From contig OZ234493.1 of NCBI GenBank assembly GCA_965153455.1, positions 24,666,213 through 24,730,212 of the forward strand: a stretch of DNA of 64,000 bases, given 5' to 3'. A model generated the notes under the pieces. It was not told the origin of the DNA, did no database searches, and worked only from the letters and a program-made list of their open reading frames with translations. This document shows positions 52,774 to 64,000 of the stretch, in pieces. Source of the DNA: Sphagnum compactum (Eukaryota). Numbering within the stretch: position 1 is the stretch's first letter; each line of letters begins with the position of its first letter. The position numbers and the translations under genes were made by a program.

Positions 52774-55700
52774 ATCCAACAATGCTTAGGCTGACACAAC
52801 TGGTGTCGGGATATTGTGCTTGTTTGGTGTGTGTCAGGTTGTGAACGACATCACAGGCTGCTGCAAGATGAGAACTTTTGAGGGTCAGGTGCTTTTTAGT
52901 GGAACCCGTGGTGTAGTAGGGTAACGGTCGAGGGCTGGGGTGTTCTTGAAATAAGTGCCTGCCCGAGGCAGAGGCAGAGTCCAGAGGTGCTTATTTTGGG
53001 TATACCCTGCTTAATAATTTAAAAATTTTCAACGGGAATTTGTCCTCTACAAATGGCAGAGCATTTCAAAGAATGCAATCTGGAGCTCTATTTTTTCATT
53101 TTGTTCCCATGATACCCCAATGGGTATGGTTGAAGTTGCATTCGCATAACCATGTAAGAAGGCATTGCTTGTTTACGTAAACATCTAAAGACCTTACTTG
53201 CTAAATGGAGGAATTGGTGCATGAGGTGTTTGTTGGGTCCATTGGGTAACTCCTTTCTTTGACCTGTGTTGCATCCAAAGCAATGAATTTTTGTGTAAAC
53301 CGTTATAGGGGAAGTAAGTTGTGTGTGTTAAATCACCAAACATATGTTAGATGCAAACCTTGTATTTCAAAATGACAATGTTGACTTGTTGAGAAGAGGA
53401 GTTGATCTTGGGTGAAGGAAGTGCATGCAACTATTTTCATCCCACATGGAAACCAACTTCACAAGTGATGGATGAAAATGTGTCATGCCCTACACCATGT
53501 GTGTTTATTTGTTGCAATGAACACATTACAAAAGGTGGACACCCATTGCAAATGTCAACATTGAAGCCTAGGTTCTTCATACGATTCATGAATTATGTCA
53601 AAAAGTCAGAAGCATTTCATAGATATCATTTAGAGGTGTAGTCACAACAAAACCCACTCCAAATGCAATCAATGTTTATTTTTACATGTTTTAAAGTGAT
53701 AAACTAAGTTAATGTTGTGAATGCGTGATTTCTTTTTATAACAATGTTTGAAATATAACATTATAACATTATGATAAATTTCAAATGAATATGATGAATA
53801 TATAGTATTTAAAAACACTTGTTAAGGATCCTAACTAATGTTTTAAAACATAATTTTAAAAATGAAACAAAGGCAAAAGAATCAAAATTCAACCAATTTC
53901 CTATTTTATTACTTCAATTTATCATAGTCACTCAAAATTACAAATTTAAGACAAAGGAGTTGGGTGTGGGTCAAGTTATCATATTTACATCCTACAATCT
54001 TTAGGCTTTTATTGGACGTCATATATGTTGTTTTTAATGTCTTTAGATTTGTAACCTATAAAAAATTTCTTAGATGATTTTTATCAAAATATTAAGTATA
54101 TGGTTATGAAAATGAGATAATTGTGTTTTTTAAAATCTGTTTTTGATAAGACATTGCGTGAAACAATGATTTAAGATTGCAATGGCCACTTGGTTGAAGT
54201 TGGGCATCTCTCAACCTATGAAGCACATTTGCATGTCAAACATTTTATAACATGAAATTTTTCGTAAAATGTGATATGGATGAAGGGCTTGAACCCATTG
54301 GAATTCATTATATTTTAATGTTGTCCAAAGGGGTGTTAAACAATATAAGGTTGACAATCTACATGCATACTACATGGGAACCATGAAACACATTTGTTAA
54401 GTTGAATAACTTGATGTTTATCACATAAAGTTTTGTTTCTAAGTATTCAAATATAAATGAGATAACCAAGGGGGGACCTATAATGGGTGTAGTCATAATA
54501 AAAGGAGTTAAAGAACATGTTGAATGTGTAGTTTTGATGTACCCTATTTAGTTTGAAAATTAATCATATATAGAACTTTCAATTTAGTTGAATTAAATAT
54601 AATATTTGTGAAATTACGTTCAATTATTCATGAAATTGCAATCTTATGACTTTGGAGTCATTTCATTGTGTTAAAGTCCTATACATACAATAAACACTTG
54701 TTGATTAATGTTTTAAAAAAATGTATAAATATGAATGTATTTTTTGTCACTCAAGCCTCCACCAAATGTTTTCAATTATTTTGTGAGTTCTAGAATATAT
54801 TGTACAAAAAAGGTAACATGTGTTGAACCATTCAAAAATCTCTTTGAATTTTCCACATTTGTATTGGAAGCATTTAGTTTAAATGATTTTTGAGCATATT
54901 TAATCATTAAAATAATTGAAAATTTATGATCATGGTTTTAAAAAAATTGAATTTGAAATAATGTAAATTTTGATGCAAATATTTTAATTATTCTTTACAT
55001 TATGGGTTAAATTGAAGACATATGGCACATCCACTTGGAGGATAATTTAGTTAAGGTGCAAATCAAAGATGCATTGAATGCCATGAACCACTATTTTGCA
55101 CCTCCCTTTGTGACGACCCCAAATTGGAAGGGGGAAATGTGTTGATAAAATAACATTGAAAGCATAAAGTTCAAGTTGTAGTTGATGAATTGATACAAAA
55201 TTCCCTTTATAACAATTGAGTATACCCATTGGAGGGGTTGGCCATTGTTAAATGTCAAGTTGCCTCAATTATAACCAAAAAATGAAGCGCCAATTAAATT
55301 ATAAGAAATATAACTGAAAGGTGTTTATAGAACATTTCAATGTTGAAATCTATATTGCCTAATATTACATAAATAGTTACTTCCTAGATTCAAATACTTG
55401 AATCAATTTTCATTTAACTAAACATCACTATCATTGCATCTTTACTTACATATACCATGTTGTATTAGGAAGCTCTTAGGAATTAGATACTATCTTGCAC
55501 CAAGTTTTGGTCCTTTTTTAAAACCTTAAAAACCCCTAAACAATTCCCATCAAGGATTATCATAAACAAAAACCAGCTCAATCATAGAAATATGATTCAA
55601 ATTCCACACCAACATTTACACCATCACCTTCCATGAATGCAACATCTTTTCACACAAAACGCTTCCAAATGAATTTCTTGTTTAGGAATGCCAAATTAAC

Positions 55701-58700
55701 ACACACCCACGGAAATGGTTTCTTGGAAACACAAGTTGAAACATGTTTAATTTATGTATGTTTTCAATAAACATGAATCTCAAAACAAAAAAACACAAAA
55801 AACTACATATTTTGATTGAACTAGGATGAACTAATCATTGATTCTCCACCAAATCAATCCTTTTATTTTTGTTTCAAAACAATGAATATGCAATTAGACA
55901 AATAAAAAACTTAATAATGGTTTTCAACTGCCAATAAACTCAAATCTTCAAAGTCATTTGAATAAAATAACTCTTGCAATTTAGCACCTTACCCTATTAC
56001 ACATTTAAAACAAATCTTATGCATCACATAAATTTTTTCAACCTTAAAACAAATTGTTTTCAATTCCCAACAAGCTTAGGTCCATAGGGTCAACTTACAA
56101 AAATCCTTCAACAATAAATGTTTCACTCAATGCATATCATCGCCATCATATTCAGGTATGGATGAAATCCCCATAACATTATGAACTTCAATCACATAAA
56201 TATAGACCCAAAGGTCATTTGTACATGCATCATAACTCCCTAACAACTAATTCACCCCTCTCCATTAGACCTTAACAAGATCTAAATTGTCATCACATAC
56301 TTTCAAGTTCCCTTATATAAAATAGGTACATTGCAATTGCAAAAAATGTGCAATGAAAAAAAAACCAATCTCTACAAGACCACATCCTTCCTATAACACA
56401 AAAAACTCATAGGATTTCAAACATCAAGCTTGCCAAGATGTCAACAAGAGCTTCACTTACATTCCTAATTTATCCTTGTAACAATTCAACCTCCATGTCC
56501 ACCATTGCCACAACTCAATAACACCATTTGCAATATCCCATGCATTCCAAAGACCAAAAACCAACAAACAATAGATCGCACACTAGGATTTCCATTGAAC
56601 AAATCTTGTAAATCATAAGCATTCCATCACATATTCGATGCAACAAAACACACCACCACTTCAAACATTAAATCCATTGTCATCTCCAAACTCAAAGTTT
56701 CAAAAACAATAAACCACATCAAACACATTAGACAAACATGCATCCAAAGCATGTTCCCTTCCACATCATCTTTCAACTCCCAAGGATTTTTTCAAATTGT
56801 AACTACTGCACAATAAAGAAAATGTGACAAGAACCCTAAACCACTAAGCTTTTCACACAAGACACAGTTAGGGGTTACATAAGGACATGCATAATGCAAC
56901 AATGAACTTTCGCTTGAAAATTGTGAGAACAAAGTTGAAATAATTGGGAAAAACAATTCAAAAAATCTTCTAGACTAAAACAATTTCAAAGGTGTTTGAA
57001 CACAATCCCAAAAGGACTTGTGATCACAAAATACCTCCTACTAATGGACAATTTATGGTTAGGGTTTTTGTCCTTAATGATGTTTACCATTTAAACTTGG
57101 TAAGTGAATACCTATATGTACAAGCAATTTTAATGAAATTTTATTATCATGTGGAAATTATTGATGGGTTCTTGGGGCAAATCTTGTAAAACCATGGAGA
57201 ATTAGGTCATTGGGGTATTAAAGGGAATTGTTTTCGTTTGTCAAAACTTTTGGGGTATGTGGACCCGCAAGGATGTGGGGTGCATGATATGTTCTATGTG
57301 TCAAGAATGGAAAATGCAATCTAAAGGTTTGGGTTGGAAAATGCTGAATGAAGATGCCATGAAGAAAACCACAATAGCTCGAGAAAATAAATCTAAAGTG
57401 ATCTAATCCAAGCATGAATTGTAGTCTTCTAGCTATGTGTTGATTTGTTGTGTTACTTGGGATTTCCACTAATTTGTGTAGCAAAAATTGATGCTAAACA
57501 AATGCTAGTTTGAAAATGTTGGTATGAAAATGTGAGATTATGAAATCTGCATATATTGTCAAGCCCATTTTATGATTACAAACCATTGACAAACAAATGG
57601 GAGATACGATGGAACGTCAATTTAAAAGAATCAAGAGAAAGTTTGAGATCTTAATTTGGTTCATAGTTCTACATAAAGAGAAAGGAAATCATCCAAATCC
57701 AAATGAAAGCTTGTAAGGGTTGAAATGGTGTCAAATGAGGTCGGGGTGAGGGATGAAGGGGCAAGAGCATGTGCATTAAACAATGCTAATCATCTCATGT
57801 GCCCAAGGATAAGGCTACCAATGAAGGTGTTTATAAGTGGGGAGGGTCATGTTGGAATGAAGGCATGAGAAAAAGAAAACACAACAATTAGAATTTGTAC
57901 ACTCACAAACTAGAACAAGATGAAAGGGTGATGTGCGGGCCACCCCCTTGTCCCTTAAATTTCAGCTATGTAGTCTCTCACTCCTTTGGGGATGAAGAGG
58001 TAGAGAGTGTAATTATGTGTGTCTATCTATATTTTCATCCTGTCTACACTTGGATACTAAGTTACATTGCCTTCCATCTTTGAGTGTGAATAAAACTTTG
58101 AATCTTTTTCATCCCTCTAACAGCCCATCACATCCAGCTTACCAACGACCCCAAACAATTGCTTTGAGAATCAATCACAACAAAAAGCACACAACCAAAA
58201 ATAATAAATCTCACATAAGTGTAGCTAGCGTGTGTGATAACGAGGTTAAAAATGTAGCTAGTGGGATTCGAGATGGGGCAACAACCCTCATTAGAAAGAG
58301 AAATAGGTACACAAAAATTCCCCCTCCCCCGCCACCTCCCACTTTCCACCTTTGTTTTTTTCCCCCTACTCTCAAGATGCCTGCTTAGGCTAGCTGGCTG
58401 TTTCTCTGGATAGACTTCAGATAAGGTATCCAAAGAACATGCATAGGTACTGAATCAGGCCCTCCTCGCTCCAAAGCTGCTTTCAGGCAAATAAAAAAAT
58501 TTAAAAAATTAAAAGAAAAGTAAAACTATGTTGTATATCTCCTCTCCACCTTGGATAAATAAATAAATAAATAAATAAATAAATGAATAAATAAATAAAG
58601 GATAGGTTTTTGTTGTGGAATATAAGCACTAGCAATGACATTGCATAGTGACAATACACACCCAATTGCCCATCTTTATCCCACAATTTAAAGTCCACTA

Positions 58701-59562
58701 GGGTAGACTTAGAAATCCTCAAACTATTCAACCAAAGAGCTGTTTGTTGGGGGGAGGGGTGGGGAGTGGGCGGGGGGTGGGTGTGGGTGTGTTGTGTATG
58801 AATTATTATTAACACCCCTTTTTTTTTTCTTTTTCTTTTTGGCACAAATGAAAACGAATTTCATTGCAAAGAAGGGAATATATGAACACCCTCTTTGTCT
58901 CAGAAAAGAATGAAAATTGCCATATACGTAAGTACATTATTAGTGCTAGATTCGCCAAGCAAGCGATGGAAAAGAAAAAAAAAGAAAAAGAAAAAGAAAA
59001 TATCTTAGGTTTTATAGTGTCCTCCCCTCTCTCCCCAACCCACCCCCGCCGCCACCACCACCACCACACAGCTTTCCCCATTCCATGCCTGGAAGAAAGG
59101 AGGAGAAAACAAAAGAATAAGGGGGAAAAAAAAATTAAAAAAAGCGGAAGTGGTGGGCTCAGCGTGAAACAAGAGCCATCCCTACTTGACAAACTGAATA
59201 GGTAGCTGACTGTTAGTGATCCCCCATGTGGCAGACCCTTATTGGGCGGTGCCCCAGAATTTTCGGCAACTTTAGGGGAAAACTACCTACCAAAAAAAGG
59301 GGGTGGTGTACTTAAGTAATCAGCGGGCAGCCCTATTTTATCCCTAAATATTCTACCTGCTGTTTTGTGCCAGCTGCTGCTGCTGCTGCCAGTGACCCCA
59401 GGGATCTTTGTTTTTTCTTGCCTTGTAGGAATTGTACCCATTTTAGAATGATTGCCACCACCTTCATCTCATTATCCTTGGGTTGTTGTACTACGGAACA
59501 GGCCCCCGACCAGGGGTCATTTCACCTCGCAACATGTTCGAGCCTGGAACCGCAACACACAC

Positions 59563-59707
59563 CACCCTTCGATTGGGGTGGTGATGGGTTGTTACGGAGC
59601 TGCAAGGCACGACAGACACCCTTCTATTGGGTGGTAATGGATTTTACAAGGGCCAGCAAGGCACAACATCCTTCCATTGGGTGGTAATGGGTTTTTGCAA
59701 GGGCCAG
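59563..59707. repeat. Degenerate about 50-bp tandem repeat x3
   Basis: Three copies of CCTTC.ATTGGG(G)TGGT.ATGG.TT.T followed by GCAAGG-type sequence. Confidence 0.75.
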
Positions 59708-62157
59708 TTTTTAGAGAGAAACTCGTGTGTGCGTTCCTGGCCCGGCCATTCATTCATTCACATAATTACATTGTTCCCCTTTGTCAATTCGCATCACAAA
59801 GTGGAACTGGCAGAACCAAAAGTGAAACCAGAAGATGACCATAAAGCCTCAAAATACTAGGTACCTGATTAAGACACAAAAACGGGTTATGTTGTCTAAC
59901 AAATAGAAAATTCAAGCAGAAGAAAAGCCCAGTTTCATTAGTTGGGTACTTGATACCTCCTCAGCCTCCCCAACCCCAATGTTGCCCCTCAATGGAATTG
60001 CTGTTTCTTTTAGTTGGAGGGGAGGGGAGGGGATAAATAATTACACCTCAACATGCTGTTTGGTAGAACATCTATGGGCTGGCTTCATGGATGCAAATTT
60101 TTTTGTCTTATTTTTCTCTCTTCTTTTCTAGCATAATTTTTGTAGACAACTTAGTATGAATTATATATCTGGCTCCTAGTGTGTGTAGTAAGTAATAAGT
60201 ACCTATCTATCACCATTGCTCTGCTGTAAAACAACTATGTAACTAACCATGGGGAACAATGGGCGTGGGGTGGGGAAGCATCTTGTTACTTCTGCACTTT
60301 GATTCAATAAAACCAAGCCAAACAAACATGAGAAAACATGTAAACACACACATGATCTCTTGGGTGGTGACTTGACTATGGTTTAGTCATATCACAATTG
60401 CATCTTCTTGTTATGAGTTTAAGTATTTGGTACTTATCAATCAAGGATGGCTTCTAAATGATTGGATTACAAGTCCTTGGGTGAAATAGTTAGTACTAGT
60501 ACGATACCAAGAGTGGAAAAGACACAATGCATAGAAGGAAAGAAAGTATGATCAATGGGCAGTCTTGAAATGTTCTCATTTGCATGTGCTTCCACAGCTG
60601 GAACGAGGCGGCCGGAGAAGTTTTTTTTGTAGAGATTAAGTAGATAATGACTCTGCCCAAAAGAAAGAAAACCAGTAAATGACATTTCAAACAAAATTAT
60701 GTCATCCGGAACAAAAGCAAGTTCTGCAAAGTTGTAAAGCATGATTGAAGTATTAGTATTTTAGTTAGGTGAGAATAACTGCACGACAAACAAAATTATG
60801 TCATATGGAACAAAAAGCGAGTCAAGTCGGTCAAGTGCTTCAAGTTGTAAAGCCCCATGTACTTTACTCACTAGTATTTAGTTAGGTGAGTTACTAACAC
60901 AATGAGATGAAAGTTAGAATGCAAAAGGAAAATGTCTTTTTGGAAAAGGGGGCGGAGGGTTGGGGTACTTAGTTTGTTTTCCTTTTTGATGGATAGATGA
61001 GTACCTAGTCGGTTGAGTTGTTAAGTTTTTAGCACTCCATTTTGGTGGCGTATTAGAATACTAGACAGAGAAAGGCATGAAATAAGAATAATAGCTAAGT
61101 GGTAGTGGTATTGATGGCAGCAGCTGCCATTACAAGGGCCAGGCTCAAATAGCGCTCTTCTGGCACAGCTAACACTGGCATGCTTCTCTGGCCTCGTGCT
61201 TCGCAGATACTGTGTTGCTGTTTTTGTCCATACCTGGAATCTCGCAAATTCGCGCGGATTTGCTTCTTTGCTTCCGCACAGATCATCGCCTTCTTCCCCC
61301 CAAGCACCAAACATTTGTGCTTCAAGCATCTCTCTCTCTCTCTCTGGCTGGCTGGCTGTCTTTCTCTCTCCTCTCTTTTCTTTCTTCTTCATCATCATCA
61401 TCTTCGTCTTTCTCCTTCTTCTTCCTCTCTGCTTCAGGTTGTACCTAGCTGTAGTACCAGTTGCCGTGGCTACTACTGGCTGCTGTTACTGACTGACTGA
61501 CTGCTGTTGCAGCAATCAATATCGTTTTTCTTTTTTGATTCTCTCGCTGTGTTTTGTTTTTTTGTTTTTTATGTTTTGGGGTTCCGAACTGATTTTGAGA
61601 ATTGTTTTTTTTTTTTTTTTTTCTGTATGTGTAGGTAGTCTGTGTGTGTTTTGGATCTCTCTCTATTTTTAGTCATTGTCGTTGTGAGCACTGGTCTTTG
61701 TTGTGAGCAAGGAAGCTCTGGGGTGTTGTATATTGATTCAAGGAAGGAAGAGGTTCGTTTTGTCTCTCGAGCTAGCTAGGTGTCAGGCGTTGTTTTTTTC
61801 TAGAAGTCGGGTCTTTTGATTTTGTTTTGGGAGGGAGGGAGGGGGAAATTTTATCGTGTGCAATCAATCAATCTTGTTGCTCTCGCCAATTGGTTTTTGT
61901 GGATTGCAAGGAACTTTGTGACAACTGGAAAAGAGGGGTCGCTTTTGAATCTCGTTCGCTGTTTTTTCTTGTGTGCCGAATCTGCAGTGCGGAAGCTTTT
62001 GAGGTTCTAGTCTAATTTCTTCCCTTCCGATCGCTGAATCTTTGAGGAGGCGTCGTTGCAGTAGTGAGATTTCCTTCATAAGTGTAACTGTGATCTGTAG
62101 TAGACTCGCACGGAATTGTTTGAGTAAATTGTGGAGGCCCCCTGTTTTTGCCGCGAG

Positions 62158-63661
62158 ATGGCAGACCTACCTTCGGATCAGCTACCTTCTGTTTTTGCCG
62201 AAGCTGATCAGAAGGTAGCTGATATCCCTGTTGCAGCAGAAGAACCGTCCACCGCCGTCGAAGCTGATACTGGAGGTAAGTTTGTAGCTTGTTGGGACTA
62301 GAACACATTGGTTCTCCCTCTTCCAAGCGAAGAGTTCTGGAATATAAGCTGTAGTACCCCTCTGTCTGTCTGTAGAGAGTACACAAACTTTCAGCATGGC
62401 ATCCCCACTGGGAAGTACCTACATATCAAAAGAGAAGATGATGACCTGGTATCTTCTTGTGCAGTGCATGCATGTCCTGTTGAAATATGTGCAGGATGGA
62501 TTTCTTTCTGTTGGCTAAGTTGTGTGTACCTGACTGGCCAGCCAACCAGATGCAAAGTATGTAACATGGTGATGATGATGCCTTCACGCCTTTTTTTGCA
62601 GGGGAGGTCACAACTCCTCAGGCCGAGGACACTACTGTACCGGAGCCAGCTGCACCCACTGCATCTGAGGAAACTGTAACACCTCCGGCAGCTGCAGAGG
62701 GGGAGACCAAGGATCTTGCTGTGGAGAGTAAGGAGGAAACATCGGCAGCAGGTCAGTAAGTAGCAAAGATTAAAGGGACCAAATAAGAAAACTCATACAT
62801 GATTCACTGTGTCTTCCATCCCCTACATAGTTGTTTTGTTCTATTATTGACACTGAACTAGTTACTTATGGATTTGTGATGAGTTCTGAATGTCAGCAGC
62901 ATTAGAAACTTTGGTTTTGCAGTTCTCTATCAGCATGAACCTTGATAAACAAGACATCTGCTCTTTACTGTGTTGCCCTGAACTTCTTGTTTCAGGTTTT
63001 TGTTAAACATGATGATCTTGGTGGAATCTGGCATCTTGTTCACTCCCAAGTTTTGATTTGTTGCACATAATTTCTTAGTGGGTCTTAACAGCATTAGAAT
63101 TAAAAGGTTGACACTAGGGAGGAGAGCTAAGTGCTGGTTGGTTGCACAGGTTTTTTTTCCTTACATTTAGAAACTATACCAGGCCATGGCTGCTGTGTGT
63201 TTTCTCTCAAGAGATTCATTTTGCTGTTATGAGCTGATGTTGTCGCTGACATGTTTTTAGCTTTTACAGTGAATTTTTGAATGGATTTGACTAAGTGACT
63301 GTTGAATTGATCAACAGCAAGTGCTACTGAGGCTGCTCCAGAGCCTGAGAACAAGATTGCAGAGACCTCCAGTCCCAATCTTTTCCAGAAGCTGAAAGGG
63401 AGGTTCTTGCATGGGGAGAAAGCAAAGGGAAAGGAAACTCCAGTTAAGGAAGAACCTGAGTCAATTGCTGTGGAGCCAACATCTGTCTCAGAGGCAAAGC
63501 CAGAGCTGAAGGAAAGCAAACCTGGTTTCCTCTCCAAGGTCCGGAAGCTGTCAATCTGGAAGAATACCGAAACAAAATCTACTGAGCCTGCAGCAGCACC
63601 AGTGGAAGAAGAAGCTCCAAAAGCACCAGAAAGTGTGGAATCTTCCACTCCCCCAACTGAG
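62158..63661 (+). CDS. 5' three coding exons of an acidic E/P/A/T-rich disordered protein (continues beyond window)
   Basis: Exons 62158-62275, 62602-62751 and 63318-63661 with GT-AG introns in consistent phases (1,1,0), open throughout: MADLPSDQLPSVFAEAD...NLFQKLKGRFLHGEK...GFLSKVRKLSIWKN...STPPTE. A CT-rich 5' UTR lies at about 61320-61440. Family not identified. Confidence 0.85.
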
Positions 63662-64000
63662 GTATGCAGGAAGTGGTCAGTTTCTCAAGTACAGCTAGGT
63701 TTCAATTTTCCATGATTACAAATTGTACATTTACAGCCTGTTGTGTGTATTTCAAAAGGGATTCTAGGTCTACATACTTCTTTGCTTGAGTCCTGTTTTT
63801 GTCTGGAAGGTTCTACAACAAGTTGCTCTAATATGCTCTCTGTTGCATTCCTTCCAAAAGTTGGGACCTCCTTAGCTTAGAATAGCACACCTCAGGAAGA
63901 CCTACTTGATCCTCTGTTCAAGTTACACTATTTCCACACTGTAATAGCTTCTCTGAATATCTCCATACATGTGCTGATGCATTTTGCTCAACCCCATGTT

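Noticed and set aside
53600-57700. AT-rich tract with coding-like scraps (possible transposon relics)
   Set aside because: No diagnostic motif or termini could be supported by eye.
63127-63648. 173-aa minus-strand ORF
   Set aside because: It is the antisense shadow of the plus-strand exon 63318-63661.

Overview
AT-rich, intron-containing land-plant nuclear DNA. It is most consistent with a bryophyte/moss, inferred from gene content and a moss-like phytochrome intron pattern; no prokaryotic features were seen. Intact protein genes are a 6-exon APC10/DOC1 (minus, 186 aa), a single-coding-exon F-box protein (minus, about 542 aa), a REF/SRPP-like lipid-droplet protein (minus, about 351 aa) and the 5' three exons of an acidic, disordered protein (plus, runs off the window). 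Relics include an unprocessed AN11/LWD/TTG1-type WD40 pseudogene, an isolated two-intron phytochrome PAS fragment, a decayed intron-containing Sola2-like transposase, LTR-retrotransposon debris, non-autonomous Helitrons and MITEs. The most notable find lies hidden under a spurious ORF at about 48.4-50.2 kb. It is an apparently non-coding, multi-intron snoRNA host gene (telo-box, TATA, pyrimidine-rich start). Its first intron carries a box C/D guide matching the snR39B/SNORD2 target and a double-guide box H/ACA RNA matching both SNORA21/ACA21 targets; weaker H/ACA-like hairpins lie in later introns. All homology calls are from recognising motifs by eye and from recalled reference sequences; no database searches were run.
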